DNA of 64,000 nt from Lobosporangium transversale (GCF_002105155.1 NW_019028981.1:806001-870000), one strand, 5' to 3'. Shown: positions 33,789 to 46,300, counted from the stretch's first letter. The notes: a model not told the origin generated them from the sequence alone. Made by a program: numbers and translations.

Positions 33789-36700
33789 CTACTCGTCCGC
33801 ATCTTGGTGGCAGCCTTCGTCATTCCCGGTGTCTTTCAGAAGCTCTAGTCGAATGGAATTGATTGTCCGACCCTTGTACTGAGCTGTCAGTGCGTCTACT
33901 ACCTCTTCGAAGTCTCGCTTCTGTTTTTCGGCAATATTCTTTATCAGATCGAAAAATTGACGCCTGCGCCTGAATGCCTTGTGACGCGCCTCTGTGAATG
34001 GCCATTTGTGATTTTCCTGCTTTGCCTGAGCAACGGGCCCACGGAATTCATCCCATGCTTCCCTGACCGTCAATTGCTTGCCATCGCCTTTCATGAGGTA
34101 GCCTTTATACCTTTCATCTTCCGGCAATCGTTGTGTCTGCTCTGAGGTCATTGGAGCCTGCACATGGCTATGTTGATATGGATGCTGTTGCTGAGGACAT
34201 GGTGGCAATTGGTTGGAAAATAATGGCTGCTGTTGCGGTGGAGCGGCCTGGCGAGCTTGATATAGGCCCTGCGTAGTAGGAGCCTGAGGAACCGAAGGAA
34301 AAGAAGCTAGGCGGCTCTGTGCTGGCGCCAATGGAGAAGGATTAAACACAAAGGGCGGGCAAGACTGCACATGATATGGAAAAGGCTGCCGCACATTTGC
34401 GCTTTGTTGCTGCTGCAGCGATTGGAGAAGTAAGTGGATTTGCTCCTGTTGCTGCCTCTGTTGCTCCTGTTGCTGCCTCTGTTGCTCCTGTTGCTGCCTC
34501 TGTTGCTCCTGTTGCTCTGTCACAAGGGTGGATAGGGCCTCGAGCTTCTGGACCGTCTCATGCTGGAGTTGATGAAAGACCCGCGCCTCTACCGACAACG
34601 TGTTAATGGCGCTTACCATAGTTTGCGCATTAACTGGCACATCCGCTTGGATGATGCCTGCTTGTCGGCGATGTACGTCGGTGGCCCGAAGCAATTGATG
34701 TTGGAAATCCAGAAAGAGCTGGCAACCAAAGATTTCTGGTAACGATTCGAGGAGTTTGTTCTCCAACATTTTCCCCTTGTCGTTCGGCTTCAAAAAGAGC
34801 ACTGCATCCTGAAGGATTACTCGCCTCATACGCACAAGAAGTTTGAGGAACCCAATGCGTGTAACAAGGGAGTCAGTGCTGAAGGCACGGGTCAATCGTT
34901 TCGAGCTCGTCTTCTTCTCGATTGGCGTCCAAAAAATGTCTTCGTCTGTCGGGACATTTGGATCGACCCCCAGCATTTCTTTGGTGCACTCCTCTCTCCA
35001 GGAGTCAGCTCTCTCCGGCATATCTTTATCAAAATTTTCCTCAATCCAAGGAAAGACCAGACGCTGGAGCTCTAAGGGCGGGGTGACCAAATCACGCTCG
35101 ATAAAGTAAGGCTCATTCGGTCCAAACTGAGCCATACAAAAAGCGCCCCTGGTTGGGTTTTTTGGAGCATAGAAGTTCTCCATTTGCCCCATGACCCACC
35201 TTCCCAAGTGGCGAATATCGTCCAGGCTTAAGCCTCTTTCGTAGGCTTCCGAGACCCCTGCATGTCGGCCAGAGTGCGTAATTTTGGCCGAATGCACGTC
35301 GCAGGCACGCATTACAGCCGCCGTAGTGCTCATTTGGGTTCGGCCAACAAGCGCTTCCTTTCGGTTCTCTAACCGTTCTTGGCTTGTTCCACCCCCTGTT
35401 AGCACCTTGATGCTGTACCACTCGTCAGGGTCCGCAAAATTGGGAAGAGGCTCCTTGAACACCTACAATAGGGAAAAAAAAAAAATAAGGATATATGTCA
35501 CTTCGTGTAATTGAATGAGAAAAAATCATACGCTCGCGTCAAGACTGACGGCATCATTTACCTGGAACCGTTCTAGCATATAAAATGCAAACCCGCCCAC
35601 GGTGCACCTTAAGAACAGCTTATGTCGATAAGCTGTCGCATAGAGTTCGACACCTTTATGGTTTGTCTTTCCACGTGTGATGCAGAAGACAAGCCCCGAC
35701 GCCAGCTTTGACCCTGGCGCGGGGTGACGGGTCTGAATATTGAATGTGTTAGCCAGGTTCAAGTTTCGGATGTCCTCATCCCGCAGCAACATATGATGGC
35801 GTGCAAGGAGGCATAGCCTCTCCCTCATATACTGAAATCTTGTAACACTGTCGTAAGGTCGCCTGCCGCTTACTCCAACCGTCGGAAGCATGCGCCATGT
35901 AAAGGCCAACATACGCAGGTACATTTTAGTGTTGTAAGGTTCTCGTACGGCACAGGTGGCAGTGCGGGATAAGGTGCCTGTCGTTACTTTGTGATGGACA
36001 AGTTTCTCTCCATAATTTTTGATCGCCTCCGCTAGTGGTACATCCGTTCTTGGGTTTGGGGCGGGATTGGGATACGGAGCTGTCGAAGAAGACTGTTGCC
36101 TCCATAAGTATTGCAAAGCCTTCTTAACATTTGCGACTGTCCCCAGCGTGAGAGGAACAAAGACAATTTTGCTGCCATGTTTGTCCTCTGGTGCTTGCAG
36201 GATAACTACAAACGCAAAAGTATATCCAAAAAAAAAAAAAAAAAAAAAAAATTGTATATATAATAAAAAGTATCAACCATTAGTGTAAATTGTAACAATC
36301 AAAGATACATTAAGGTGGATGCAGGATTAAGGAATGGTTTATTAAGTCATAATTTAGTAGGCTATTTATATTGATAATTAACACTGAGTTGCGGCCATGG
36401 TGTCTTGTCACCTGGGGTACGCGTGATGGCGGAGCCTTCCCAAAGGTTTGGATCCCAGTACTGTATAACAATTTATATATTAATACATGGTTATCTTTAC
36501 ATACCTTGTTCTCTTTCATTTTCAGTCCTGATAACGGCTGCAGTCTTCCGCTTCGGCGTGATGTTCTTGCTTGAACCCCCAACAGTTACAGCTTCATGTG
36601 ATGCTCGCTCCTCATCATTCAATGCTATATCAATCTGCCATTGATGTGGGTCGACTCCTTCAGGTGGCTCCATATTATCCCAGGAGGGAGGAGCCTTCTT

Positions 36701-37731
36701 ACCTCTCTGTGCCAATGACCTCAGCTGAAGCTCCAGATCTTCATCCTGTTCCTGTTCCTGTCCTTGTTCCTGTTCCTGTTCCTGTTCCTGTCCTTGTTCC
36801 TGTCCCTGCCCCTGACCCTGTCTCCGTTCCTGATCCTGATCCTGACCCTGTTCCTGACCCTGTTCCTGACCCTGTTCCTGACCCTGTCTCTGACCCTGTC
36901 CCTGTTGTTGACCTTGGTCTATGCTTTGGCCGTCGTCGTCATCAACTTGCTCGCTGTTATCTAATGTCTCCAGTCTCTGCTCCATGTCGCTTAGTTCATG
37001 TTCGTCGATATCTGCCTCGACTAATTCGTCGATCTCTTCTCCCTCATAGACTGCGTCTTCCCCAGCCTGAGAATTCGAAGAATCTCCTCCACCCTGCTGG
37101 GCATACCCAATAGCGCCACGGTAGCAACGATCTGTGCCGATCAATCGCTTTACTGTTCGCTTGAAGACAACCGTTGTGAAGTATTCAAGCATGCGTTTCG
37201 CATCGACGCTACAGTCACCTTGATAATTTTCATTGCAGTATTGCTAAAAACAAAAAAGAGAATTAGCCAAGTCGTCTAGTTTGATAGCCTGTCTGAGATA
37301 GCTCATAGCGACATTTTGATGATCCAACATACCTCCCACAGCCGGAGCTGTGTCTTATATTGATTCACTGTCGTCGATGAATCTGGATCATCTAAAATCA
37401 TCTGCAGCACACTTCTCGCCGACTCCTTCCGTGCGTTCGCCAGGGCCAGCTCTTCTTCTGTCAATGGACCGGAGTGAAGGACATTTGAGGATAAAGAATC
37501 AGCCTCACAACGCCTAGGGCGCTTAAAAGACTTTGCACTAACTCTAGCAGTCTGTGCCACTGGTGAAGGCTCTGGAGTCGTTTCGTCAGTCAGAATAACT
37601 CTTTTTCTCCTCGGTGTTGCACGAGTGGATCCAGTGCGAGTACTTGAATTGGTTGGCTTCGTCTGACTGGTGCTTTGTTCCAAATCCATGCAGGTGAAAT
37701 TGGATAAAATCTTTTCGTTGTTGTTTGTCAT
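33789..37731 (-). CDS. Crypton-type tyrosine recombinase 2 with a C-terminal GCR1_C-like DNA-binding domain, multi-exon
   Basis: RHHMLLRDEDIRNL, GKTN, KITHSGRHAG, HLGRW, MENFYAP, LQRLVFPWIE, RRVILQDAV. C-terminal LTVREAWDEF..KW..RHKAFRRRRQFFDLI; QGQE and QQEQQRQ coding repeats. Confidence 0.87.
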
Positions 37732-38163
37732 TTTGAAAGTGAGCAAGCAGGAATGAACCTTTGAAAATGCGAATGTGCCGTTATTTTTCTCAGTTTTAGT
37801 CAGGGGAGAGGGTAAGTCTACTCTGTGTATTGTAGGTTTTATTGTTTTATTGTGTATATGAATGTATGGAGGAATGAAGGCGTGAAATAAAGAAGAAAGA
37901 AAGAGATCTTTAGCATACCATGATGACATTGTTAAAATTTCGATGGATTTGATGTCAATTCAAATTTCAGGACAAGTGTCGGAGTAAAAGCCACAAAACG
38001 GACACATGTCTTGTACGTACAGACATGAAACATAATACCCTTAAATGGAAAAAGGACTGGATTTGGCATCATAATCCATTATAGATTAATTCCTTATTTT
38101 TTGTTTAAGGTGTCGCATATTTGGCTAACTTGAGTATCTAAGGGGACTCCGTTAATTGCATCT

Positions 38164-39328
38164 GTTGCTTTACTGTTTACTTGCGTCTATTGCTTTACTT
38201 GCATCTCATTTACTTGGTCATCAAGGTCATATGGCAAGACTTTTATTGCGTTTCACAGTTGCTCCTAGCGTGTCTATGAGGGTGGGACGTGGAGATTTCT
38301 TGTCTACGCATTCATACGGATGAGCTCTCTCAGCCATTGTCGCCATTCAGCCACTGTCCAGTAGTCCTCCGCAACTGGTTATGCTCAATGTCGTTCATCT
38401 GATGCCTCATAGATGCCGGCGGGGAGGGGAGCCTTCATATTTCTTTATTCATTTTATTTTTCAAGTATTTGTCTGTATGCCAGCTGACTGACATTTATTA
38501 ATGTTCTATTTGAGACAAAACTCTTAGAATGAAATCGTTTAGGCTATTTGCCATCACTGACCGGCACGATCACTCCGACTTCGACAAGCTTTACGCATGC
38601 TTTGTAAGCTACGTCGGTCGGGAGCGCCTGCGTGGCGATCGGGCAGCATCTTTGTACCAACTTGATATGGAAAGTTGCCGAAAGGAATACGATGACATTT
38701 GTGTCTTGGGGACCTTAGACCGCTCAAACGCATCAGCAGTTTCGATGATACGAACGTCAATCCAACAACATACTGAAAGTAAGTGTACTTATCGCAATGA
38801 CTCTTGTATTCTGTAGATCTGATAAGAAATTAACACGCGCCTTCTTCACCAATGTAGAGGTTTCACAGGGTATTTTTATTGATGATATTGTCCTCTGTCC
38901 AGCCTGGCCTCGTTGAAATTGTTTCTAACACTACACATTGTTTCATCTGAGACATAGCGAGAGGAGGTAGGTGTTGTTCTTTGGACGTCTTGTTTCTTCG
39001 GCAAGGTCGACTTCATCAATGCTGACGTAAGGAAATCTCTTAGGTACGATAGATGAACCTGAGACGACAAAGGCTAGCACTCAAGAGTCAGGTACTACCC
39101 TAGCTGCAAGTGTGGGAATGCTCTATACTTTTAATTGATATTAATAGAGGCCGTAATTACCCAACGCTCAAATAGTTCCTGAGGAGATTTCGAGTTCTTC
39201 GCCTGTAACGGAATCAGTCTCTGCCCAGAGTACACGGAAGAGAGCGAGAGAGGCCTGTATCACAGAAGAGCCCTGGCATTCATTGGTAGTATCGCTGACC
39301 AAACTTGTAAGTTCGTTTGGTTTGGTCA
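38164..39328 (+). repeat. Inverted copy of 23414-24770 (upstream region and 5' exons of the nuclease-like gene), truncated
   Basis: ORF 38529-38816 matches ORF 23926-24213 except one residue; a few SNPs and one fewer 190-bp unit. Confidence 0.92.
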
Positions 39329-40836
39329 GTATAAAGCGCTGACGGGAGAGATGAGAATGAAAAAAAGGAATGCAGAAAATGAGAGAGTATCAAAATAAAA
39401 GAGAGTGTACAGAGTGAGGACAAATAAAAAAAAAAAGAATGAAAGGGCAATGATGTTTGCTGAAAGATGGGTAGTGGGGTGAAAAAAAAGAAAATAAAAG
39501 TGTACAAAGTAAAAAGAATGTGAGTTTATAAAATAAATAAAAAGACAGTGACTTTAGAGAAAAAAAAAAAAAAAAAAAAAAAGATGCATAGTCGCGTAAA
39601 ACGAATTAAGCTCTAACTGATTACCTTTAACTAAAGTATAATTGGTTCAAATGGGGCGCTTTTGGGAAGGAGAGTAACATGTACGCAAGAATCGTGTCAA
39701 ATATGATAGATGAATAGACTTCATTTCGCCTTCAAGCATTGATACATAACCCAAGATATTAGGAATCTGTGAGCGAAGGGAAAAATAATAATAATAAAAT
39801 AAATAGGGTCCATAGCATTCGTGCATTCGTTTTCGTCAAAAGTCATCAACGATACCCAAGCAAACAGAAAAAGCATAAACACCAGCAGCTGAAGGAAATG
39901 AGTTGAGACGCAAACGATTCCCGCCATTCGGGCAGTCAGAACCTCGAGACTTGATACTATACCTTGATGCACCCGCCATTCGGGCAGTCAGTGCACCTGG
40001 TCGACATCTCCTCCGCCATTCGGGCAGTCGAGGAGTACAGGGATAGGACTTTGACATCAATTAAATGTCAACAATGTCCATCACACTGCTAAGTCTGTAA
40101 CATGGGATAGAGATTCTCAAACCATTTCACTTCATTGCTGATGAATATGCTCAAGAATACCAATCACTTACCTCAGGAGGAGCAGAGTGAACAAGAGGAT
40201 TATTATAAACCAGGCTCCCAAGCAACGTAGTGGGGGCAATTACAAAGTGGTGAGATAACTAAAAAAAAATAAAATTAAAATGAAATAAACAGAGTTATGA
40301 TAAGTCCAAGAGAATGGATGCAAAGTGAGTGGTGAAAATAAAAAGCACGAAATGAATGAGAAAATAAATGAGGTAAAAAAAAAAAAACCAGCTGTGCAGG
40401 GACAGTGTGCGAACAAAAAAAAGTTTGCTGGTGGTAAAAAAAGGAAGCGGAGTGGGAAGGCAATTAAACGCGAAATCAAGTCGTCATCCGCTAATTAATT
40501 AACCTCGGATTAAACGTAAAGGTTAGTGGAGGAGGAGAGTGAGAGAAAGGTGTAAACAAATATTGTGAAGAAAGTAATGTGTGGGATAATAATGTTGGTA
40601 TATAATTTTATGATGATGGATGATTAATTAATTTTTATGCTGCGGCAGGAATAAAAAACAAGGCAAGAAGCTTAAATTTTGCACCACACTGTGTACGTAA
40701 TTTATTTTTAGTGAGCACACTCTTCATTTTTCTCTCACACATTCTCTCAATCATTTTCTCTCTTTTTTCTTAATCTTTAGTGTCCATTATTTTTCTTTTT
40801 TTTTTTTTTTTTTTTTTTGCGCGCAATTATACCAAA

Positions 40837-43376
40837 ATGACAACCCAAAAAATTAAACTCTTTTGTATTTCGATGGGGATCCCACTGCATTTCCTTTGAG
40901 CTTGGCTTTCGACGCTCAAGGACGCGATTAAAGAAAAACAATCACCTTTTGCTTGACGACATCCGCGCAAGTGACTTAGTTCTCCATCATGTTTCGATCT
41001 CTTCTGCGCCAAAAAGACTAATTACACTCAACAATCTAACTGCTGATGAGAGAAAGAAACTTGAGGAGCTGGAAGATCCAACTAGCGAGATCTCTGTCTT
41101 TGGCACCACACCAGCAAAGAAAGCCATCCATGTCATTGTTCAGCGTCCATCTGCAGGTAAGCGCTGTTCTTATTTGTTCAATTACACTGATGATTATGAT
41201 GATGACGCGTCTAATTACTTTTTTTTTTTTTTTTTTTTTTTCCAATTAGTCGCCCCAACAAGTATAATCAACCAAGTATAATAGTACATTCGTCTTCTCC
41301 TCCAATCAGCCGAACGTCATCTCCATCTCGTAAGTGATGTCCATCGAATTACTCTTCATTCTTTCGCAGTATGGCTATATTAAGAATTCAATTTAATTAA
41401 TTAGAGGACTTGGAGGCATCAATGAGGAGAATCACCGATACTTTTTTGCTCAGGAATCACCAGCGACTATTTTCCTAGTGGAGTATCTTAAACTCATCTC
41501 TGGTGGTGCAACAAGGGAGGGGATACGCAAGTTGTCCAAAGGGTCAATCAATCAAGGTCCTTGACAACGTATGTGAAAAACTCCATACTGGCGGAGTAGC
41601 AGATAGTCTCATTTACATTATTGTTGAAGTACCGAAGCGAGGTATGTCTTTAGTTCTTGTTGGTGGTCGACTGATGTTTTCGATTTAAGGCTTCAAAACT
41701 ACCTTCTGAAACTATTCTATTTGTTTATATTTTAACAAACAGTTTCGAAAAGGGATCGAGATCAGCTAGAGAATGACGAGAGTGATAGGAGTTCCCTCAA
41801 AAAGGCCAAGCTAGAAAACATGAGCCTACTGGAGACGATTAGTGCAGCAGGACTTGCCCAAAAGGCTTTAATAAACGGTGTTCCACGCCTGCGGAGCCTT
41901 ATGAGTAAAGAACTGGTTTCAATACTTAAAAATATTGGCGCCATGGTGGGAGAGGATAACCACTACTATTCAGTACCCTAAACTACCACTTCCCTCCAAA
42001 ACGCATCATTTCAAGAAATCGACGTGATATCCAGCCCTTGGGGGACAAAGCTTTCTGTGATCAACATGAATGATCTGTACGTAAGGTCAGCTTTCAAAAA
42101 ACTCTACGACACGGTCGTCAAGGATTTTTATATAAATAGAGATGATAGAGAGCCTGCAACCAAAATTGTTGTCACAGGGACAGCCGGTATAGGGAAATCA
42201 TCCTTTCTCGTATACTTCGCCATCCGGCTGCTTGCCGTTAGCAATGAGGAAGACCCGCCTATTACCATCATCCAGAAAAAGGAAAGTTCAAAGTGCTATG
42301 CTTTCGGTGGACGATATGTTGTTCGATATGGGGACATGGAGGATTTCATGCCCTTCCTGCAACTATCCAACACTTGGTTCCCAGTCGACAGTGCACCATC
42401 ACCAGAGCTCACACAAGCCAGGACTATCTTCTCGGTATCACCAAGAACTTTACTTTCTAGCGCGAATGGGTACCAAGAAATCATGAAGAGGGTGATATGG
42501 AAGTACCACATGGCTCCATGGGAACCGAGAATAATGGGAAAATAGGCGATGCCGAGTCGGAAGCATTAGAACGCGTTGAGCTTGCTTTATCCAACCTCCG
42601 GGATGATGTATCAAATATAATAATACAGTATACACAGGGCCGGGATTCATTGGAGTTTAGCAGCCAGATTTTTCACCGTTATCCAACAAACGATCATAAA
42701 GGATTCGAATTACGACAGGCTTCTAATGATGTCATGCAAAAGGTGTATACTTTATCGGACGAGAGTACCCGTGCCAAGGTGTTGAGAATGCTCGTCGATG
42801 GTAATCCACTAGGCAAAGGAGTAATGTTCCAAAACTATGTGCAGCGTATACTGCGGCTGGGCGGTCGTAGCTTTAAGGCCAAGAGCATTGATGATGGCAC
42901 TGAGATAACTATTGAAGTCGGAGAAGGCCCGAAAACCAAATTCATTCATACTTAGGATGAATATGTGAAGGACGATATGGAAGGATCATTGTGCCTGCCA
43001 AAGAGTAAGACCTTTTCTTGTGTGGATATGTCAATAGCTCCGAAATATGTATCTACTCCAGATTACGACGAACAAGAAACATGGCATCAAAAGTGAAAAC
43101 TTCAAGAAGCTTCTGAAAACTCTGCAAGATAAAAAGTGGATTGGCTCCTCTGACGAGATTGCATTTATTTTTATAGTCCCGCAAGACATGGTCGAGGAGT
43201 TCAAGAAACAAACTTACAGAACTGGAGCAGATCGTGTGGATCCTAGGCCGACAATCGAATTAAAAAATATCAAGCAACATGTTTTGGCGGTTGATCTGCA
43301 AGATGAGCTCTGGAGATGCAGGAAGAAGGCAGGCCAGACGGACAACCCAAATGAAAGTAGAATTGTAAATCAATAA
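40837..43376 (+). pseudogene. Crinkler (CRN) gene: ubiquitin-like header, P-loop NTPase and restriction-endonuclease-like domain; frameshifted
   Basis: MTTQKIKLFCI..DG..AF..LKDAIKEK..LVLHHVSI..AIHVIVQRP header; LYVRSAF, VTGTAGIGKS Walker A; KGVMFQNYVQ..LPKSKTFSCVD..LLQITTNKKH. Several frameshifts and a stop at about 42955. Confidence 0.82.
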
Positions 43377-43537
43377 AGTCAATGTACTCTGATAGAGGAA
43401 CTAAATCGTGATTGATTTCCTCCCGCATTTGTTTTCACATCTTTCTCATTTTCTCCTCCACCTCAACGGCACCTTTAACGTTCATTCGAGGTAATTATTC
43501 TTGATTCGCTTCTTTAATTGCTTGATTACTTTCAACA

Positions 43538-44110
43538 TGCCTAAATCTCAGTTGAACTTTTCAAATGAACTACATTGGATCCGCAATGAAGACGAAGAAC
43601 ACTAACGTTGCTCCCGTTTACTGGATATAGGTGGCTTTACGGAGGAGGAGCTACGAAAGCTTCGCTGTACTTTCGAAACATGGAAGATTAATAAGGCTCA
43701 ACTGCGTTAGTGAATGGTTCAGAGCCATTTGCAAGTGGTTCTATTAATAATAATATTCATTTGTACGTTTGAAAATCATGTGTCCCAATCTTCTGTTGGT
43801 TTATAGAATGACATGCTAATATAACGTAACCTTTTAATTTTGTATTCATTTAGTCCTAACGCTGAATCGAAGCTTCAGAAACGTCGGCGGATCAAAGCTG
43901 ACCGTCCTGATGTCATCGTTAAGCTTCGAGGATATGAGGCTTTTTTCGGTGAAGTAACAGGTCCTTCACAGGCAAGCAACATCTCTAAACGCGCTTGGGA
44001 TACTTTCAGATGGGCGCGTTCGCAAAGTCATTTCTGGAAAATGGCAACGATATTGCTCCCATCACCCAAGTGATCTACACCTCTGGATCATACATTCGCC
44101 TGAACGTTAA
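43538..44110 (+). pseudogene. Deleted remnant: 5' part paralogous to the 47103 gene, plus a PD-(D/E)xK-like fragment
   Basis: ATGCCTAAA..GAACTACATTGGATCCGCAATGAAGAC shared with 47103-47160; KADRPDVIVKLRGYEAFFGEVTGP. Confidence 0.6.
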
Positions 44111-44209
44111 TTAAATAGGCAAATATGTCACACAAGTATCGCTCAATGACATTCTTCTCCCAAATGTTATTGGATCAGGTTATTTTAAATCGAGAGAAGA
44201 ATGCTGCTG

Positions 44210-44740
44210 ATCTGCAACCAGAGGAAATAAACATCCGCCTTTGAACTTAAAATCACTTAATTCCTATATATAATTCACATGATAATAAATATTTTTTGAG
44301 GGTTCCTATTCGTGTGCGAAAAGACATGTAGATATCCATGGTTTCACGTTTTCTGACGAAGGTCAGTTTCCGTAGTAAAGTAATAAGTGCACCAAGACAG
44401 AGTATATGACTAATCTAGGCAACCATTTCATAATTAGTTTTGCAATACTTGGTAAAAACGAGAGCACGACACAGAGACACTCAAAACTCACAAAACCCTC
44501 AGGTTATTTGTATTTTTCAATTACGAATCCAACGGCCATAGAATCACTACCAGTTACATATACAGAAAAAAAAAAATTTTTTAAAGGAAAAGCGGGCAGG
44601 TGGTGGAAAATAGTGAATTTTCGATACTCTACGGCCATTTACTCAAGAACTGCCTCTCACGGTTCGGGTGCTATAATCTATTGGGTGTGTCAAAAATGGC
44701 ATAATTTTGGTTTTTTTATACTTCCAATACTTTGTACAAG
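44210..44740 (+). mobile_element. Degenerate terminal/subterminal fragment of the GAGTCCCCTTAGA element family
   Basis: GAGGAAATAAA..GAACTT..CACATGATAATAAATATTTTTTGAG..CAGAGTAT..CAACCATTT..CTTGGTAAAAACG aligns by eye with 63732-64000 and with the reverse complement of 60050-60751; the extreme terminus is lost. Confidence 0.7.
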
Positions 44741-44935
44741 TGCTACTCCATGAATCCTGAACGGACCCCCTTAGGACCTATCTTAAACGAAAGACAATAG
44801 GCTCTTCTACCGACCATCCCAAAGACATCTGCTTTCCAGCGCTCTATCAGGAATATCGTTATTGATTTATATCTGAGAGTTGAGCAAGAACAATCGATTT
44901 GCGTTATTTTTTTTTTGACGAACGCGTGAAGACGG

Positions 44936-44966
<31 letters not shown>

Positions 44967-45491
44967 ATGACGTATAAGAATCACTTTTATTATTCCCCTT
45001 AAAGTCGCACATTTAAAAGAATTCTTCGTTTCCTCAAAGTGTCTAATCATCCTTTCTTTCGTCCCATTTTCCCCTCTTTTACTTGATTAACCCTCGCAAT
45101 CTTTGTTTACACATTTTTCTCCTGCAACACAACTGCACCTTTATTTGAGGTAATTAATCTTAATTCGCTTCTTTAATTGATTGATTATTGGCTGAAGACT
45201 TGATTTCGCGTTAAATTTCTTCCATTGCCACTCCGCTTCTCTTTTACGCTCTCTCTGCACACCACTCTCTCACTTTTTTTTTTTTTTTACCTCACTCTGT
45301 ACACGTTTATCGTTCTCCCTCATTACGTGCCTTTTACATTCACTGCTCTCTTTGCATTCCTTCTTTTTTCACCCTCACAATTCTTCTCGTTTTCTTTGCG
45401 CACTAATTTATTTTTTTCCTTTTCCTCGACGTCTATTTATTTTTTCTCACCCTTCGCACACCATTTCTCAATCACACACCCATCTGGGTAT

Positions 45492-45588
45492 CAGTGCTCC
45501 TATTTGAACTGAAATTTTGTCAATTATGATGTTTCAGATTAAAAAAATAAATATCAATTGACAAATTTCAGTTCGAATAGGAGCACTG
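45492..45588. mobile_element. hAT-type MITE (97 bp)
   Basis: TIR CAGTGCTCCTATT; 8-bp TSD CTGGGTAT. Confidence 0.88.
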
Positions 45589-45859
45589 CTGGGTATATTA
45601 CTCTCTCACGCGCCTTGTTCGTTCTACTTTACTGCCACCTCCTCGCTCAACATCCTTATCATCTTTGCACTTTCAAATGAAATTACTTGACGTTTTAATG
45701 CCTTGGGAATAACTCACTTTATTCTATATCCAAATTGTTAGACTCACTCTCATCACCTTCTACGCTTAATCGTCACACTATCGTACAAGTACACGGTTGT
45801 TTTTTTATTTTTTTATTTATTTGTTATTTTATTTATTATTTTGTTTTCATTCTTGCAAG

Positions 45860-46300
45860 GCAGCACCTCGTGCCACTTCGATGTTTTATCGTTGAGGCAT
45901 CATGTCGAAACCACTCCAGCTATTTGATACATTTCCTCCTTAGCCTACTCAATTAGTGTAATTGAGGTAGCTGCTCAAAGTTGAAGCTAATCGCTTGGCT
46001 GTTGTGCGCTCGCTGTCTTGTTTAGTGATAACACCTCGTGCCTTCTTGATGTTTTATCATTAGGACATCATGTCTAAACCACCTTGGCCTTTTGACGCGT
46101 TTCCACCTTGGTCTACTCAATTAGTGTAATTGAGGTAGTTCTGAAGTAGAAATCAAACTCTTGGCTCCTGTGCGCTCGTTATCACTACAGCACCTCGTCT
46201 CATCTTGATGTTTATCATGGTGGGATCATGTCAAAACCACTCCAGCCATTAGTGTATTTGAGGAAGCTGCTCAAAGCACTTGGCTCTTGTGTGCTCGCTG
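45860..46300. repeat. Three diverged tandem copies of a ~160-170 bp non-coding unit (third copy internally deleted)
   Basis: CACCTCGT..GATGTTT..ATCATGTC.AAACCAC..ATTAGTGTA.TTGAGG..CTTGGCT..TG.GCTCG at about 45863, 46032 and 46191. Confidence 0.85.

Larger units (their letters stand above)
24771..38149 (+). mobile_element. Putative composite transposon: tyrosine recombinase > Mutator-like transposase > < tyrosine recombinase
   Basis: Starts GAGTCCCCTTAGAT (24771) and ends ATCTAAGGGGACTC (38149). The left end coincides exactly with the breakpoint of two independent duplications. No direct TSD seen. Confidence 0.7.

Noticed and set aside
24771..38149. Starship element
   Set aside because: The YR motifs and GCR1_C-like tail fit the Crypton/Ndc10 type, no TTAC-type direct repeat was seen, and the host appears not to be a Pezizomycotina fungus.
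39920..40029. CRISPR array
   Set aside because: Only three 17-bp repeats, unequal spacers, eukaryotic context and no cas genes.
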